DNA of 64,000 bases from Callorhinchus milii. Taxonomy: Eukaryota. How positions within the stretch are numbered: the stretch's first letter is position 1; each line of letters begins with the position of its first letter. This document shows positions 48,431 through 61,765 of the stretch, one piece after another. The notes beneath the pieces are model-generated. The model was given only the letters and a program-made list of their open reading frames with translations. It ran no database searches and was not told where the DNA came from. The stretch is taken from the NCBI RefSeq assembly GCF_018977255.1, contig NW_024704742.1, forward strand, positions 1,614,001 to 1,678,000, in the 5' to 3' direction. Position numbers and translations under genes: made by a program.

Positions 48431-49562
48431 GACATTTGTTTGCTCTTGTGTGCAACTTGTACCTCTTGTTTGAGATGGAAGGCAACCACAGTATTGCAGT
48501 ATTTGAGCGTGAGGAATTAGCATAGTTCTGGTGCCCTAATATTGGTGTTTTAGAAGGCCGAGCAAGACCTTCATGTATTCTCTTTGTAAATGTTTGTGTT
48601 CTGCAGTATGCCAGGAGTGAACCATGTACAGATGGCACAGGACTTTCAGCAGAACTGGCTTTCAAACAGGTCCTAAGCTGCCAAAAGATACAGATAGAAA
48701 TTACCCAGCTAATTGCTTCTTATGACCTGAGGGGTTGATTTACTGGATGAAGCTGGCAAAGGCGCACGCAATGGAAGTGTTTGGATCGATGGTCCGCAAC
48801 TCGCATGTATGAAAATAATGCCTAGGATGAGGTTTAAAGCCTGCACGAAGGGGAATTGTGCGGCTGTCGTATCCTTGAGGTTATATCAACTCCCAAGACC
48901 TGGTATGGAATATTTTTCCCAAATTGTGAGCAATTGTGAATCCTGGCCTTCTCCCACTCTATGGTCCTCCATCCCGGAGTCCCTCTCTGCTTTCACCCCC
49001 GACGTCCCTGCCTTCAGAAATCGCCTCGAGATCTATCTTTTCAACTGCGTGTTGGGCCTTCTACATTGGCTGCCATATTTTCCCACAAAACATACAATGC
49101 CTGCACTTGACAGGATATCCTGTGAAGCGCTTTGAGACGTCTGATAAGGTACAATATCATGTGCAAGGATTTTGGAGAGTTCTAAAACTCGTATCCTCTG
49201 GATTATTACTATTATTAACAATAATTAATAAGAGCCTGATATTAATGACCCACATTGTTATTGACCCATATTGTAACCCTGTTGTTCTGTTGTAAGGTTG
49301 TTCTGTGTTGTCCACTGGAGGCTTCTGGAACTCCTATCCTCTGGATCTGGATTTGCCTTTGTTTCAAATGTACATCCAGAGTGGCTCGTGCACTGTCAGT
49401 AAATTTACTTCAACAAAATTGTTCCAAGGCTTGCGGTATCAAATTGTACGACTCTTTCAATTGCGATTCCTTTGAATCGGAGCGCAGTGTAACGAGAACG
49501 GAATTCTGCAAAATAGCCGCCACCAAAATAAATCCACTGTACCAGCGCTCTGTCCAATTGAT

Positions 49563-49745
49563 TGTGTGTGTGTGTGTGTGTGTGTGTGTACGTGGTTTGT
49601 GTTGGGGTGTGTGGTTCCTGTGTGTTTGATGTTTGTGGGTATGGTGTGTGTGTCGCGTTGTGGTTGGGGGGTGTATGTGTGTGTGGGGTCGGTGTGTGTG
49701 TGTGTGGGGATATGCGTGTGTGTGTGTGTGTGGCGGAGGTGTGTG
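49563..49745. repeat. (GT)n-rich degenerate microsatellite tract
   Basis: Directly visible; source of the V/C- and H/T-rich ORFs. Confidence 0.93.
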
Positions 49746-51651
49746 GTATATATGACAGGTCAGGATCAGACTCAGCTGTAGATCGTTCTGTTGTCTGCCA
49801 ACATTCACGAACCAAGCTCATGCATGATAAATGACCATTTCAGCCCAGTACCAGAGGGCAGTCGGTGCCTGCGGAACAGAGCCCCAGCGGGAGAGCTCAG
49901 GAGGAAAGAATATAAATTTCACGTTCCCAATTTCGGAAATCCAGGAAATAAAACATAAGAGGATTTATAAATCTTTCGACTCCTCCATTCCCCACGTGAC
50001 CGTGATTTCTTTTCACTTTGGCTCCTATCTCAGGTACAGTTTAACAGCTTTCACTTCTGATAAATCTATTCTATCGACAAAAGTTAAACCCAAAATGAAG
50101 AAGATGCCATCTCTTACTTTTATCTTTATTCCTCTAGCGGTGTGGTTAATGGTCTTGGCTGCTGTTATTTCGCCCACAAAATATACAGTCATTTCACTTT
50201 ACAGTATATTCTGTGAAGCGCTTTGAGATGTAATGAGGAGCTACAGCAAATGCAAGGATTACTATTATATTATCATTTCCACAGTGATACCTTTTTTTTA
50301 ATAATAAAACTGGCAATCAATGTGTTTATTATTTGCTGCTACATTCCAGCCTTAGCTGCGTAGGTTTCTGGTTTCCTTTGAATCCTCTCGGGTTTTGGGA
50401 ATAAGGTTGCTTCGATCTGTCTGTTTTAAATGATGTGATTGCGCATTTAATCATCTCAGACAAGCACCCCTCCACCCCCCCACCCCCCGCCACAAACACA
50501 CATACACACACACACACACACACACAGTTCTCTGAGATTCCCTTTACTTCCAGACTCGAGACTCCTATTGATTCAGGTCTGCAATGCTGCAACTAATTGA
50601 GAGTAATTCTCCATAGGTGTTGCGGTAAAATCAATAAGGGACACAATTGTAAATGAGCCGTTCTCCAACATGTACACAACCCACCACATTTTGCACTTCA
50701 ATTGTTTTGTTAGGACCTTCACTGCAGAATTCGCGGTCATCAATTTTATACGTCAAGGTTACTGCCTAGTGCCTGTCCCAGCACAGTTAGTAAATGCTGA
50801 TCAATATCTCCCTTGCTGTCAGGATCAGGGTTCTGGTTGGTTAGCACTGTTGGCTTAATACTGGACTATCAATACAAAGAATTGCCGGCTTCGAAATACT
50901 GTACATCGTGGGTCACAAGCGATTAATTACAGTAAAAGAAAATCCTCCCTTCATCGAACATTGCCAACTCAGACTGTCTTACATTAATTGTCTAAACTAC
51001 TGTACAGCCACCTAATCTTATGGAAACATATGAAGGGTTGAGAGTTGGGGGGGAAGCATTTATTAATGCCACGCAGAGAAAATAACAGGGCATGCACTCG
51101 GTGTTTCGTGATTGGACTGTCTGGCTTCTTCTGGGCAAGAGCGGACACACCTCACCTAATAAGGTTACGATTGAAACAAATATAGTAATATTACAAGGCA
51201 TACTTTAGCCTTAAGTGGTTTACAATGCCCTGCTCAATGTAAACACACGAGAACAGAACTGTGAAATTCAAATCAAGCTCCTTAGCCAACATTGTTCCCA
51301 AGATGCTAGTATTTCTGTCTCAGAATTATAATATTCAGTGGCCCGCAATTTCTCACAGTCTTAGGCTTAAGACCGTATCCTTGAAATACAATTTTAATTC
51401 GTGCAATTTTTGGAAAATTTTTAAATTTGGTCATGATCTGAAAACCACTCTTACGCATTTTCTTGTAGGAACCTCGAGTAAGAAAATTGGCTTCCCCAAT
51501 TCTGCACAACCTTTACGTTTTAAGCAATTGTCTTCAGGCAAAGGCTGAGGAGTTTTGGTTCAAATGCCATTGGTTCAGTGGCCACAGTCAACATTGAATA
51601 GCAAGGACTCCCATGTTGGAAGTTTGCCGGTTGCTTTTCGCTCGTGTGTTC

Positions 51652-51983
51652 ATAATAATAATAATAATAATAATAATCCTTGCATTTGATATAGCGCTTT
51701 TCACGTCGGGAGGACGTCCCAAAGCGCTTCACAGAATATACTGTAAAGTGAATGGACTGTATATTTGTGGGCGAACGCGGCAGCCAATTGCGCACAGCAA
51801 TGTCCCACAAACAGTCGTAGATTGAAAATGACCAATTTATTATTGTTTTTGGTTTTGGAGGGATTATTATTAGGCTCTGTGTGGAGTAAGGAAACTTGCC
51901 CAAGGTTTCGCCCTCTGCCTGGAATTGAACTCAGGTCTCTCGCTTGCAAAGCGAGTGCTCTAACCACTGAGCTACAGGACTCC
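51652..51983 (-). mobile_element. Young full-length tRNA-derived SINE (short form)
   Basis: About 97% identical by hand count to 14976-15295; anticodon-position loop TTTGCAA; long (TTA)n tail. Confidence 0.95.
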
Positions 51984-52794
51984 AACTCCATAAGTTCGTT
52001 GTTGAGATATTCCGCCATGGAAGGGTGTAGATCCAGAGGTTGTATAGCTACAGTCGCCCAACCTCTGACTTATAATTGACTTCATTCAGAATGAGAGGGG
52101 TTTGCATTGGTTTCGTCCCCACAAAGAAAGTACCTACTGTAATAGGGAAGGTGAGGGGGATTGGATTGGTGGTGGAACCGAAGGCTGGCAGTGGGAGCTC
52201 ACACCTCTCCAATGAAAACATTGGCGAGGTATGTTTCTGCCCCCTCCCTCCCAACGTAAAAAAAAAGTTTCTGTTGATGGTGAGCTTGGTTCAGCGTCAA
52301 GACTGTCTCGTCTCTGAGTCGGTTCCGAGGTCCTGTGATTGCTATTTATTTGGGATGATTTCACTTTACGATTTCACTTGCCAGGCGGGAATCCCTGGCA
52401 ACTGACTTCACCTCGAAAATGCTGTTGTCGATAGTGAGGATGGACTCGTTAAAGGATCCCGGTCATTACTCCAGTGTCATCGGTCGCAGTTTTGCCTCCC
52501 CACCCTCCGGCTTTGTTCCCCCACCAATCGTAAAGCACTTCCATTGCCAATGGTACTGTGTGTGTATGTATACACGTGCAGAACTCTGTGCAGGTACATA
52601 CATCTGAGTGAGTACGCACAGCTCTGTGCAGGTGTGTACTTGACACAAACACTTAGACATCTAAGTTCTTTCAAGAACTGTAGAGAAAAAAAACAGTTTC
52701 AAAGTTCAGGCTGAATTGAACAATTTGACAAATTCTGGACTGTAGAATACCACATAGATAGAGTAAATCTAGACCCACACATCATTTTTTCATA

Positions 52795-53180
52795 ACCTTT
52801 TGCTATAAAGCTTTGTCACGTCGTCAAGACGACTCAAAGGGCTGCACGAGATTTATTGCAAAGTAAGTTGAGGGTAACTGTGTTTTGTAGATGGACTCGG
52901 AAGCCAATATGTGCACAGGAATATCTTACAAACAGTCGCGGAGTGAAATGACCAATTGTATCTGGGGCGTTATTGACCAGGACATCGGGAGATGCTCCCT
53001 TTTGCTTTCGAATAGTACCCATTGAATCTTTAGCATCGACCTGAACAGTCAGACTGGATCTCGGTTTAATGTCACACATGAAGCGGTAATGCAGTGTTCC
53101 CCAGCACTGCACTGGAGTTCTAGCCCAGACTGTGAGCCCACAACCTTCTGACTTGGAGCGGGAATCCTACCAACTGGGCG
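52795..53180 (-). mobile_element. SacSINE1-like SINE, near full length
   Basis: GAGCCCACAACCTTCTGACT head; GGATCTCGGTTTAATGTC body; tail. Confidence 0.8.
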
Positions 53181-53639
53181 GGCTGGAAAGGATTTCTCCC
53201 CGGTGTCGGTGAGCAGAATACTCAGCACCTGCAAATTATTCTGCATCTCGCGTCCTTGGGTTGTCCCAAGGGCCTAATTTTGTGGATTGTGCTAACCGTG
53301 GGTAAACTCGTGTACAGAGGGAATTACAGTTGCCCTTTAATGATGATTAACAACTGATGAAAAGAATTCCGGAATGGCTTCAAACACTGGAGATCATCCT
53401 CGTTGGCTTCAATTAAGAGTGATATCTAGGTGCTGTGTAAGCTGTTCAGTTTACACGACTGCAGTGCCGACCAATCAAGAAACAAAGCTCTTTCCGTGGT
53501 ATGGAAGTTATAAGTCGCAGCTTTGCTTCAGGCCTCTGTTGGCGAGGCAGAAGCCTCAACATTGGCCTGGACGAGACTCAGTTTGCTAACGGTCAGAGAG
53601 AAAACAAACGTGCTTCTGCAAGGTGACACTGCACAGAAG

Positions 53640-53870
53640 CCTACAGTTCTGGTCACCATGACATAGGGGTTCTGCTTAGGCTTAAGAGGCGGTGCAGAGG
53701 AGAGCCACAAGGATGATCCCCAGGGTTTGAGGAATGTGTTATATAACCTGGGCCACTAGAAAAGTTTGCCACACCCATCCTCCTCCGCTACAAACACCCA
53801 GGTGGATGGTCTGGAGGGATGAGACTGGATGAGCTGAAGGGCTTTCTCATCACTGGACCGATCTTGTGAA
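53640..53870 (+). mobile_element. CR1 LINE fragments
   Basis: CAGTTCTGGTCACC...GTGCAGAGGAGAGCCACAAGGATGATCCC (QFWSP...VQRRATRMIP). Confidence 0.7.
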
Positions 53871-54879
53871 CCACATATTTTCCTGCATGGAGGGAGGATA
53901 ATAGTAATAATAATAACAATAACAATTCTTGCATTTGATATTATACCTTATCACATCGTCAAAACCTCTCAAAGTGCTTCACAGCAAATATTATGGAATG
54001 AATGATCACTTTTCTCAACGGAATTGTTGGCCAGGATAGCCTCAGGCTGTAGCTGTACACCTTCCAGCAGTTCGAAGAGTGGCACTGGCATTCACAAGGG
54101 AGGTGGTCTCCTGCTCGTCTCCCTAGGAAACTGTGGAGGGGGAAGATATTGCAGGGAGAGAGAGNAAAAAATCAATTCATTAAACATTGATGAGATGGTT
54201 AGTGGCGAGCAGCGTGGCATCATTTATATTTGAACATTTTTGCTAAGGAGGAAGCGACTGAAATTAAATGTAATGAAAATAGATACACAAGCAAAGCAGC
54301 AGTCAACGAGGGCTGTTTTTTTTCCACACCGACTCCAAGCAATGTTACTGGTAAAAACAAAAAGTAAATCGGCTTTAGTTTTTTTTTCCCCCCTTCTGAT
54401 TTGAAGGAAAAGGCACACTTAATGTGTTAGGTTTGTTGGCAGTTGGATTAGCTATTAGCTAATTGTGTCTTGTAACTGATTCACAATGTCACCGCATTAC
54501 AGTTTATCCTGTGAAACACTTTGAGATGTCTCAACAGCGTAATAAGGCGCTATATGTCAAACGCAAGGATTATTTTTATTATTATGAAATCTCTCCTGTT
54601 CGATAATAATAAAATGATAATCCTCGCATTGGGCATAGCGCCTGTAATGTTGAACTTGTCAAAGCGCTTCACGAAGTTGTCTTTTTAACACGTAACAAGT
54701 TTCTGTAACATGGTACACGTAGGAAAACATGGCAGCTAATTTGCTGATATTCCCATGACAGTGGTTGCCTGTGTGAAGGTGCCCTGAGGCATTGTTCTGC
54801 TTCTCCGCGGAGTTGGATGCGAGCGCGACAAATGGCATTGTAGTCATAGAGTGCAGCAAAACACCCCCCAAAAGTATTG

Positions 54880-55010
54880 AGAATTCCATAAAAGGGAGAA
54901 AGCAGGGAAGTGGGAATAGGCTTGATAGCTCAATTCGAGGACTAACAACCAGCGTGCGCTCATAAAGTCGAATGGCCACCTCCTGCAGTAATTCCTATTG
55001 TTCTAATCTG
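54880..55010 (+). mobile_element. CR1 3' terminus
   Basis: AAAGCAGGGAAGTGGG...GATAGCTC...CGAATGGCCACCTCCTG...TTCCTATTG. Confidence 0.6.
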
Positions 55011-55777
55011 GTTGGAAGAAGAAGACGGACTAAATGAGTACGACTGTACGAGTCGTTGGGCAGATTAGTTGCTGAGCTGTTTCCTAATGGCAATTATTTT
55101 CCAGAGCAAAGCGACGTTGAGAAACACAAAGCAGACCGAACGCTGGCAAAAAAGTTTGACTGTGAGCGACCTAGTAAACGACTTCCATTGTTCAGCACTC
55201 ATAGACGGTGCACTGCGTGAAGGGCTCTATATAAATGTAAATTATTGTTGTTCCGTGCTGTCACTCTTGTTACTCTTCCACAGTTAAATTATTTTATAAG
55301 TAGAACAGGGTAGAAGGAAGTATTGAAGCTATGTCCTTCACTCTGGATTGTGTTGAATGCATCACAAAACTGGTGGGTTGAGTCTGTTCCTTATACCCTT
55401 ATGATGTTCTTTTTGCTTTCTCTGTTTATCTCTCGTATTCTGCCTTTATCTCTCTGCTTATTTTTCACGGTTCATATTCCTCTTTGTCTGTCTGACTCTC
55501 AACTGTCCTCATTTCCGTCCGTGTCCCTCTCTGTGTTTCTCCTTCCTCTCTCTCTCTATAATGTATGAATATCAGCTGTATCAGCAGAAAGACTGACAAG
55601 CCTCTGGTAGAAGGAATACCAACATTTTAAACCAAGCTGATTCATCAATACTCATTTGGGCCGACAAAAGCATTAGATTATGCCGGAACCTACCATTCAC
55701 CACCAATCTCTCCAGAGGCTACCTATCTCCCAATTAAACTCAGAGTTAAACTGAAGGTTAACTATCTCCTACTCTCC

Positions 55778-56050
55778 TTTGGATGAGACATTAAACTGAG
55801 GTCCTGTCCGCCTGTTCAGGTGGATGTTAAAGATCCCGTGGCGCTATTCGAAAAGAGAGAGGAGTTTCTCCCGATGTCCTGCCCAACAAATAAAATTGGT
55901 CACACACACGATTGCTGTTTGTGGATATTGTTGTGCGCGATTGGCTGCCGGGTTTTCACCCAATAAAATATACACTCTCCAGTAGCGCTTTGAGGCATCT
56001 TGATGATTTTGACAAGACCCTATATCAAATGCAAGGACTATTATTGTTAT
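55778..56050 (+). mobile_element. SacSINE1-like SINE, 5'-truncated
   Basis: TTGGATGAGACATTAAACTGAGG...AAAGATCCCGTGGCGCTATTCG, then tail. Confidence 0.85.
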
Positions 56051-56923
56051 TCAGAAGCTGAACAAGGAAATATTTAGCGTAGCAAGCTTCAAGCATCTGT
56101 TAAACTGGTACCAACCCACTCCGTACATTTTCTGTATTTTTTCCCTCCAGAAATAATCTGTAAGTACAAATCCTAAATGTTACAGAAATACAATTTGAAG
56201 TGCAGGAGGTCGCCGTGAGAAGTCCGTGGTTCGATAGTGAGCATTCTTGTAAAATCGCGATGAAAGGATGATGGTGGTTTCCCCCTCTTCCGTTCACACA
56301 GAACAGCCATTTCTGTAAGTCAGGCAGTCTGCAATGCAATGCTTTTGTAGGTTTTTGACTGGCGTTACAATTATTGACGAAAGCTGGCACCAGCCATCTC
56401 GTAATGAAAGTGCATTTAATCACTGTTCTTCATTAGTTTCTCCAGATACCTGAGCGGTTCATGATCCCTGGTAATTTAATAAAGACTCTTTTCCCTTAAC
56501 CCTCTCTGTTACAGAGTGGGACACTCCTAGTGTGGGGATTAAATGGTTATCCTGTTGAAGCGAATTAACGGGAAGAAAAATTTGCAACTGGCCCTCTGTG
56601 GAAATCAATTTTCTCATTCATTCTTCTCCGCCTACTATGAGTGCAGCTTTTGATCCACGTAGAAGCATCTTAAAGAGGATAGAAAGGCTGGAACGAGTTC
56701 TCTTTGTTTAAAGTATTCCCTTTGGAAGAAGAGGAAAATAACACTCATAAAAGAAATTATTCAGTTGAAACAAGAAATTCTCCCTTGAAGGCAGTCCCTG
56801 GGATCTAATAACACTAAAGGGTAACCAGGAATGAGCAGGGGACCTGGAATAGATAAGGGTAGCTACTGGAGTGTGCTAAACTCCACTGGGAGCCACCAAC
56901 AGCACAGACTCAATGGGCCACAT

Positions 56924-57240
56924 ATAATCCTCGCATTTGGTATAGTGCCTTATCACGCCGTCAAAATGTCCCTAAAGCGCTTTACAAGATTTACTGTAAA
57001 ATGATCTTGTTTTGTGCATTTGTAGACACATTCGGCAGCCCAGTAGCTCACAGCAATGACCCACCAACAGCCATGGAGCGAGAGGCCAATTTTATTTGGG
57101 GGATTGTTGGCCAGCAAACAGGGGAAACTCCCTTCTCTTTATAAACCGCGCCGTGAGATATTTAACATCCACCAGGGCAGGCAGACGGGGCAGCTGGTTT
57201 GGTGTCTCATTCAAAGGACAGTACCTCTGACAGTGCGGCG
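56924..57240 (-). mobile_element. SacSINE1-like SINE
   Basis: Tail, Deu body and GGGGATTGTTGGCCAG motifs. Confidence 0.75.
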
Positions 57241-58467
57241 CATACCCGGCTCAGACGAGGTGGGTTTCAATACCTCTTTCTGTGCTATAAACTTTCGATG
57301 ATTCTTTCTATGACCTGATGTTTCCTGCCCCACGTAGTTCTGTGACCTGTTTAAAGAGAGGAAGCGAAACAGTGTCACTATGTTTATGGGGGCTGTGGGG
57401 GAGTGGGGGGGGGGGGTTGTTGGGGAGGGAAGGGGAAGGAAGCCTTGGCCTGAGCTAATGCAGTGAAGATCTAGTTTGGGTATTGTGTACGACAGTCGAG
57501 CAAACGAGGGATCAGGTCAGAGTTTCAAGTTGGTCCAAAGTGACTGCATTGATCAATCTCAAATCGGGTCATCCCGGCACCTGCTCATGATGTACGTCCC
57601 TGGAGGTTCCTGGTTCGGGAGGAGGTAAGACTCAGGGAGTGTCTTCAAGACGTTCCTGCATGCAGTGCAGAATGGCTCTACGAGAGACCTTTTACTGTGT
57701 TTATTTCTACAGGGAGCAGTTTGAGGAAATGCGACTCCCTCTAGGCTTCATATGCCGCTGAAGTAACAGGTGTTTGGGCCCAAGAATAGCTCCCAATATT
57801 ACAAGTGCATATTAGCAATGAAGTGCACTGGAGGACTTGATCTTTCTCAGACTATTCTCAGCCAATAGAGAGACGAAAATGCTTCTGGCCTCAGAGACTT
57901 CGGAAACTATTTGAGAATAAGCATTTTGCAAGTTGTTGTTATGATGTAACCTGAGTGAGGAAATGGGGTGAAGGAGATGGCTGTAGAGAGTTATCTGGAT
58001 GCATGGTTAGCTTTGTTAACGTTTTAATTTGAGGATGTTCTAATTTGCTGTCAAGGCTATTGTTCCCCATCCCCCCACTCCGCCCCCACATATACACGGA
58101 CACCTTTACAATAGCATTTAGGACGATAAACATTTGTCTTTTGAACAATATTGATTTACTGTCTTTGCTGCTACCTTCATCCTAGGCTGGAACCTCTCCT
58201 TCTATCCACCTGGATAAATAAATGATCCTTGCATTTGATGTAGCACCTTTCCCGTCAAGAGGATGTCTCGCAGAGCTTAACAGGATTTTATTGTCGGATT
58301 TTGCGGCTATGTGATTTGAAGGCGATTGCAGGAGTCAGTTTGCACACAGCAGTGTCCCACAAGGTAGCAAAGGCAACAACTAATCTATGATAGCAATGTC
58401 CCACAAACTCTATTAAGGAAACTCCAATAATATTTTTTTTTGGTGCGAATTTGGATGAGGGAAGATT

Positions 58468-58690
58468 TATGTAGAATATATAGCACAGACACAGGCCACT
58501 TGGCCCAATCAGTCCATACCGGTGTTTATACGCTTGTGTGCATCTCCACTCAGCCACCCACCCCTTTCTCCCTCTCATACCCTTCTATGTCTTACTCCTT
58601 CGTGTGTATATCTAGCTTCCTTTTAAATGCATCTCTCCTATAGGATTCAAACACGGCTTCGGGCAATTAGTTCCATGTTTTGGGCAGTGC
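58468..58690 (-). mobile_element. CR1 LINE 3' end
   Basis: TAGAATATATAGCACAGACACAGGCCACTTGGCCCAATCAGTCCATACCGGTG terminus. Confidence 0.75.
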
Positions 58691-59477
58691 GTTCAAGAAG
58701 AGTATTGATCAGGACAGCGAGGAGGGAATCAGTTAGGTTTTGGTGCTACTGATTGCTGGCCCACAAAAATTTGTACGCGAGTACTTTAGCTGAGAGCAGG
58801 ATTGGACTCAATTGTGATTCCCTTGGTTAAGGCTTCCCACCTGAACTCGTGCCGGGTAGTGACCACTTGTCAAGTTAGAAGCTTACCCTAACATGACTTC
58901 GGGTCCCTGGAGGAAAGAGTAGAAGGTGACTGGACTGGTGACAGGTGGCGTGTAATCCTGATAACTCCTCTGAAGAGAGTTGCAAATACCTGTGAGCAAG
59001 GAACCAAGCTATTTTCAAGCTTTTCTTTAGAGGACGAAGTGTGTGGCAAACAGTTTAAATCGGAGCAAAAATACACGGAAAGCGTCATGCCTTCCTGCTT
59101 TTACTACAGTAGTGCCAACAAGACGCGAGAGCAGGCGGACTGTTGTGACCTTGCCAAAAGTTGCCCGGTGCCGGTCGACTTACTCGTAAGATGCTTATGA
59201 AAGGATGAGCTGTGCTTAACTAGCTCGGCACAGTGTGGTAGGCAAGGCAACCGTTGCTCACTTCCTGGTTTGGATTGCTGCGAGTTGTTAATTTTTTTTA
59301 CGTGAGTTGCAAACCCGACTTAAAGTGAATGCTTTTAAAACGTCATTGATTTTTTAAAAAAAACGAAACAATATTTACTGTTGTCCCTGACTTGGCAGGT
59401 TTTGGAGGGCAAGGGTAAGTGTGGGTGGGGAAGATCATATCCCTATTTAACTCTTGCTGGCTGAGTCTAGCAATTTT

Positions 59478-59750
59478 ATAATGATAATGATAAACCTTGT
59501 ATTTGATATAGCGCCATATCACATTGTGGAGACGTCTCAAAGCGCTTCACAGAATATACTGTAAAGTGAATTGACTGTATAATTTGGATGCAAAACACGG
59601 CAGTCAATTGCGCACAGCAGTGTCCCCACAAACAATGGTGAGTGATCAAATTATTATTATTATTTTTTTTAAGGGATCATTATCTCCGGGAAGTGATCTG
59701 CCTATCGACTAATAACCGGATTCCTCCATACTGCTAGGTAAACAGAGGCA
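59478..59750 (-). mobile_element. tRNA-SINE, long form, head missing
   Basis: Tail, Deu body and ACTGCTAGGTAAACAGAGGC central segment. Confidence 0.88.
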
Positions 59751-60364
59751 TCCTAAATTTTGACAGTATTAGGATGAACTCCAGAGGCACGTTTGATTTT
59801 AAACCCGAGTGAGCAATCATGCTGGTCACCACTTCGCGATTGTTCACTTCTGTGAAAAATAACCTGCAGCCGATTGCTCGGAAATGTGAAAAAGTCAATT
59901 TTTGCGCGGTTTCTTAATTAAGAAATCAGCAGTCCCGGAGGGGTGCTGCTCAAATCTAGATTTGAAACAGGGTTCCCCTGCGATGGAGGGAATGTGTGTG
60001 TCTGCGTGTTCGACTTACTTCCAGCTACTGGAAGGAGTGAGTTCCCCCCACTCTGACTCCTTAATTAAAAAAAAATGGTTGCAAAATAGCACCAAGTTGA
60101 ACCTAGTACTGTGCCCGTAACACATTCGGAAAGGGGAAGTAATTGCAGCTCTTTCAGTGCGAGTGTGAGCCAGTGCTGGTGTGAGATCGAAGTGTGGAAG
60201 TCTTACATCATTCTCCTTTCTGAATCAACAGCTTTTTGCAGTAAACAGACGGTAGTTTGCATGGCTATACATAGCTGAATTCTGATATGCATTGCATCTG
60301 CCTTGCAAATTATGATGTTGACGAGTGGGACATTTGCAATCTGTTATTTTGCATCTCGTTGCCG

Positions 60365-61050
60365 TTTGCAGACACTCTGCATTTGCTTTAGGAAGGATAT
60401 CAAGGCCTTGGAGAGGATGCAGTGCTGATTTACCAGAATGGTACCATGGATGGGGGACTTTAGTTATGTTTCATTCAGTCAAATAAAGTGTGGCGTCAAT
60501 AGCTATCAACAAAAGTTACCAGCCCTGTCAACCGCTATCTCTGTCAACACAATACATTCAGAGTAGAGCTTAAAATTTGTTTTTCAATTGAGTAACGAAA
60601 GCGCATTAGCTATGATGAGAAGCCAGGCAAAGTTGGGTTAAGTTCTCAAGATCTAAGGAGATTGAGTGATGATCTGATTGAGGTTTTTAAATTAACACCA
60701 GAGGGAATAGTCAACCACTATCTACAGTAGTTTGTTAATTCTCCCTCAATTGGGAGAAATCGACAAGCAAGATAATGGATAACTCTTCCCTTTAGAAAGG
60801 AATCCAAATAAGGTGGTAGTGTTAAAATTGGAGCTTTTTTAAAAAAAAAGCCAGTCGGAAGAGCGATCAGACTATATCTCTCCACCTAACGAGTTCCCAG
60901 AGTGTGAATGAATGTGCTACGCCAGAGACCATAGAGGCAGAACTGATGAAGATGCTTATCAATGAGATGTATGGATAGACAGATATTTGGGAAGTTAATG
61001 CTATTAGGAGATGCAGACAAAATCGGATCTAACATCTTCTAGGATCTGAT
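60365..61050 (+). mobile_element. CR1 LINE 3' region with a 137-bp insertion
   Basis: RKDIKALERMQ...FTRMVP peptide at 60390-60450; GATCTGATTGAGGTTTTTAAA (DLIEVFK) at 60671. Confidence 0.8.
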
Positions 61051-61069
61051 AAAATAACAGAACAGTCTC

Positions 61070-61485
61070 AGCCTGGCTCAGCTGGTAGTCGTTTTGTTCT
61101 CTCAGTTAGAAGGTTGTAGGTTCAAACCCCATGTCGGGACTTGAATTCACATAGGCTAAGCCGACACTCTAATACAGTGCTGTCGGGTGAATTGCATTGT
61201 TGGAGGTCCCGTCCTTTGGATGAGACGTTCGACTGGACTCGTGGCTTCAGATGGACGTTAAAGATCCCATGGCACGATTTAAAAAGAGAGGGAGTTTCTC
61301 CTGGTGTCCTGACCAACAATTCCCCAAATGGGAATATTGCTGTATGCAATTATGCTGTTGCATCTGCCTACACCTACGCAGTCACTCCATTTCACGTTAA
61401 ATCATGTGAAGTGCTTTGGAACGTCCTCCCAGCGTGAAAGGTGCTTGCTATACCAAATACAAGGATGATTGATTATTATTATTAT
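61070..61485 (+). mobile_element. SacSINE1-like SINE, full length
   Basis: Head TGGCTCAGCTGGTAG...AGAAGGTTGTAGGTTCAAACCCC (A/B boxes), body, stem-loop tail and (TTA)n. Confidence 0.88.
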
Positions 61486-61619
61486 AATGTGCAATGGCCT
61501 GAAGAACTTTTTCTATTCCTTTAATCTGGGAGCAATGTTTATTGTGTACATGCACATTTAGTGTTTAATTTGCTGGTTCCTTGTGTGCTGGAGATACCAA
61601 TCAGGTGGCGATGTTAGTG

Positions 61620-61765
61620 AAGGGAAACCCTGTTATAACACAGCAATTGGGAATGCGGAGAATTTCAATCCACAAGAAGTGCCACTGACATCACTTCCCT
61701 CTTTGCAAAGTGAAGCCTGCGGGACTTTCTGTGCAGGACTTTGTGTGCGCACCGGAAGTGTGCCA
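61620..61765. promoter_or_regulatory. Candidate ETS/NF-kB motif cluster
   Basis: GGGAAACCCT 61622, TGACATCACTTCC 61686, GGGACTTTCT 61721, ACCGGAAGTG 61751; motif-only evidence. Confidence 0.35.

Noticed and set aside
49840..49865. CTCF-like GTACCAGAGGGCAG (also 36260-36278)
   Set aside because: Mismatches at key 5' C positions or wrong spacing.
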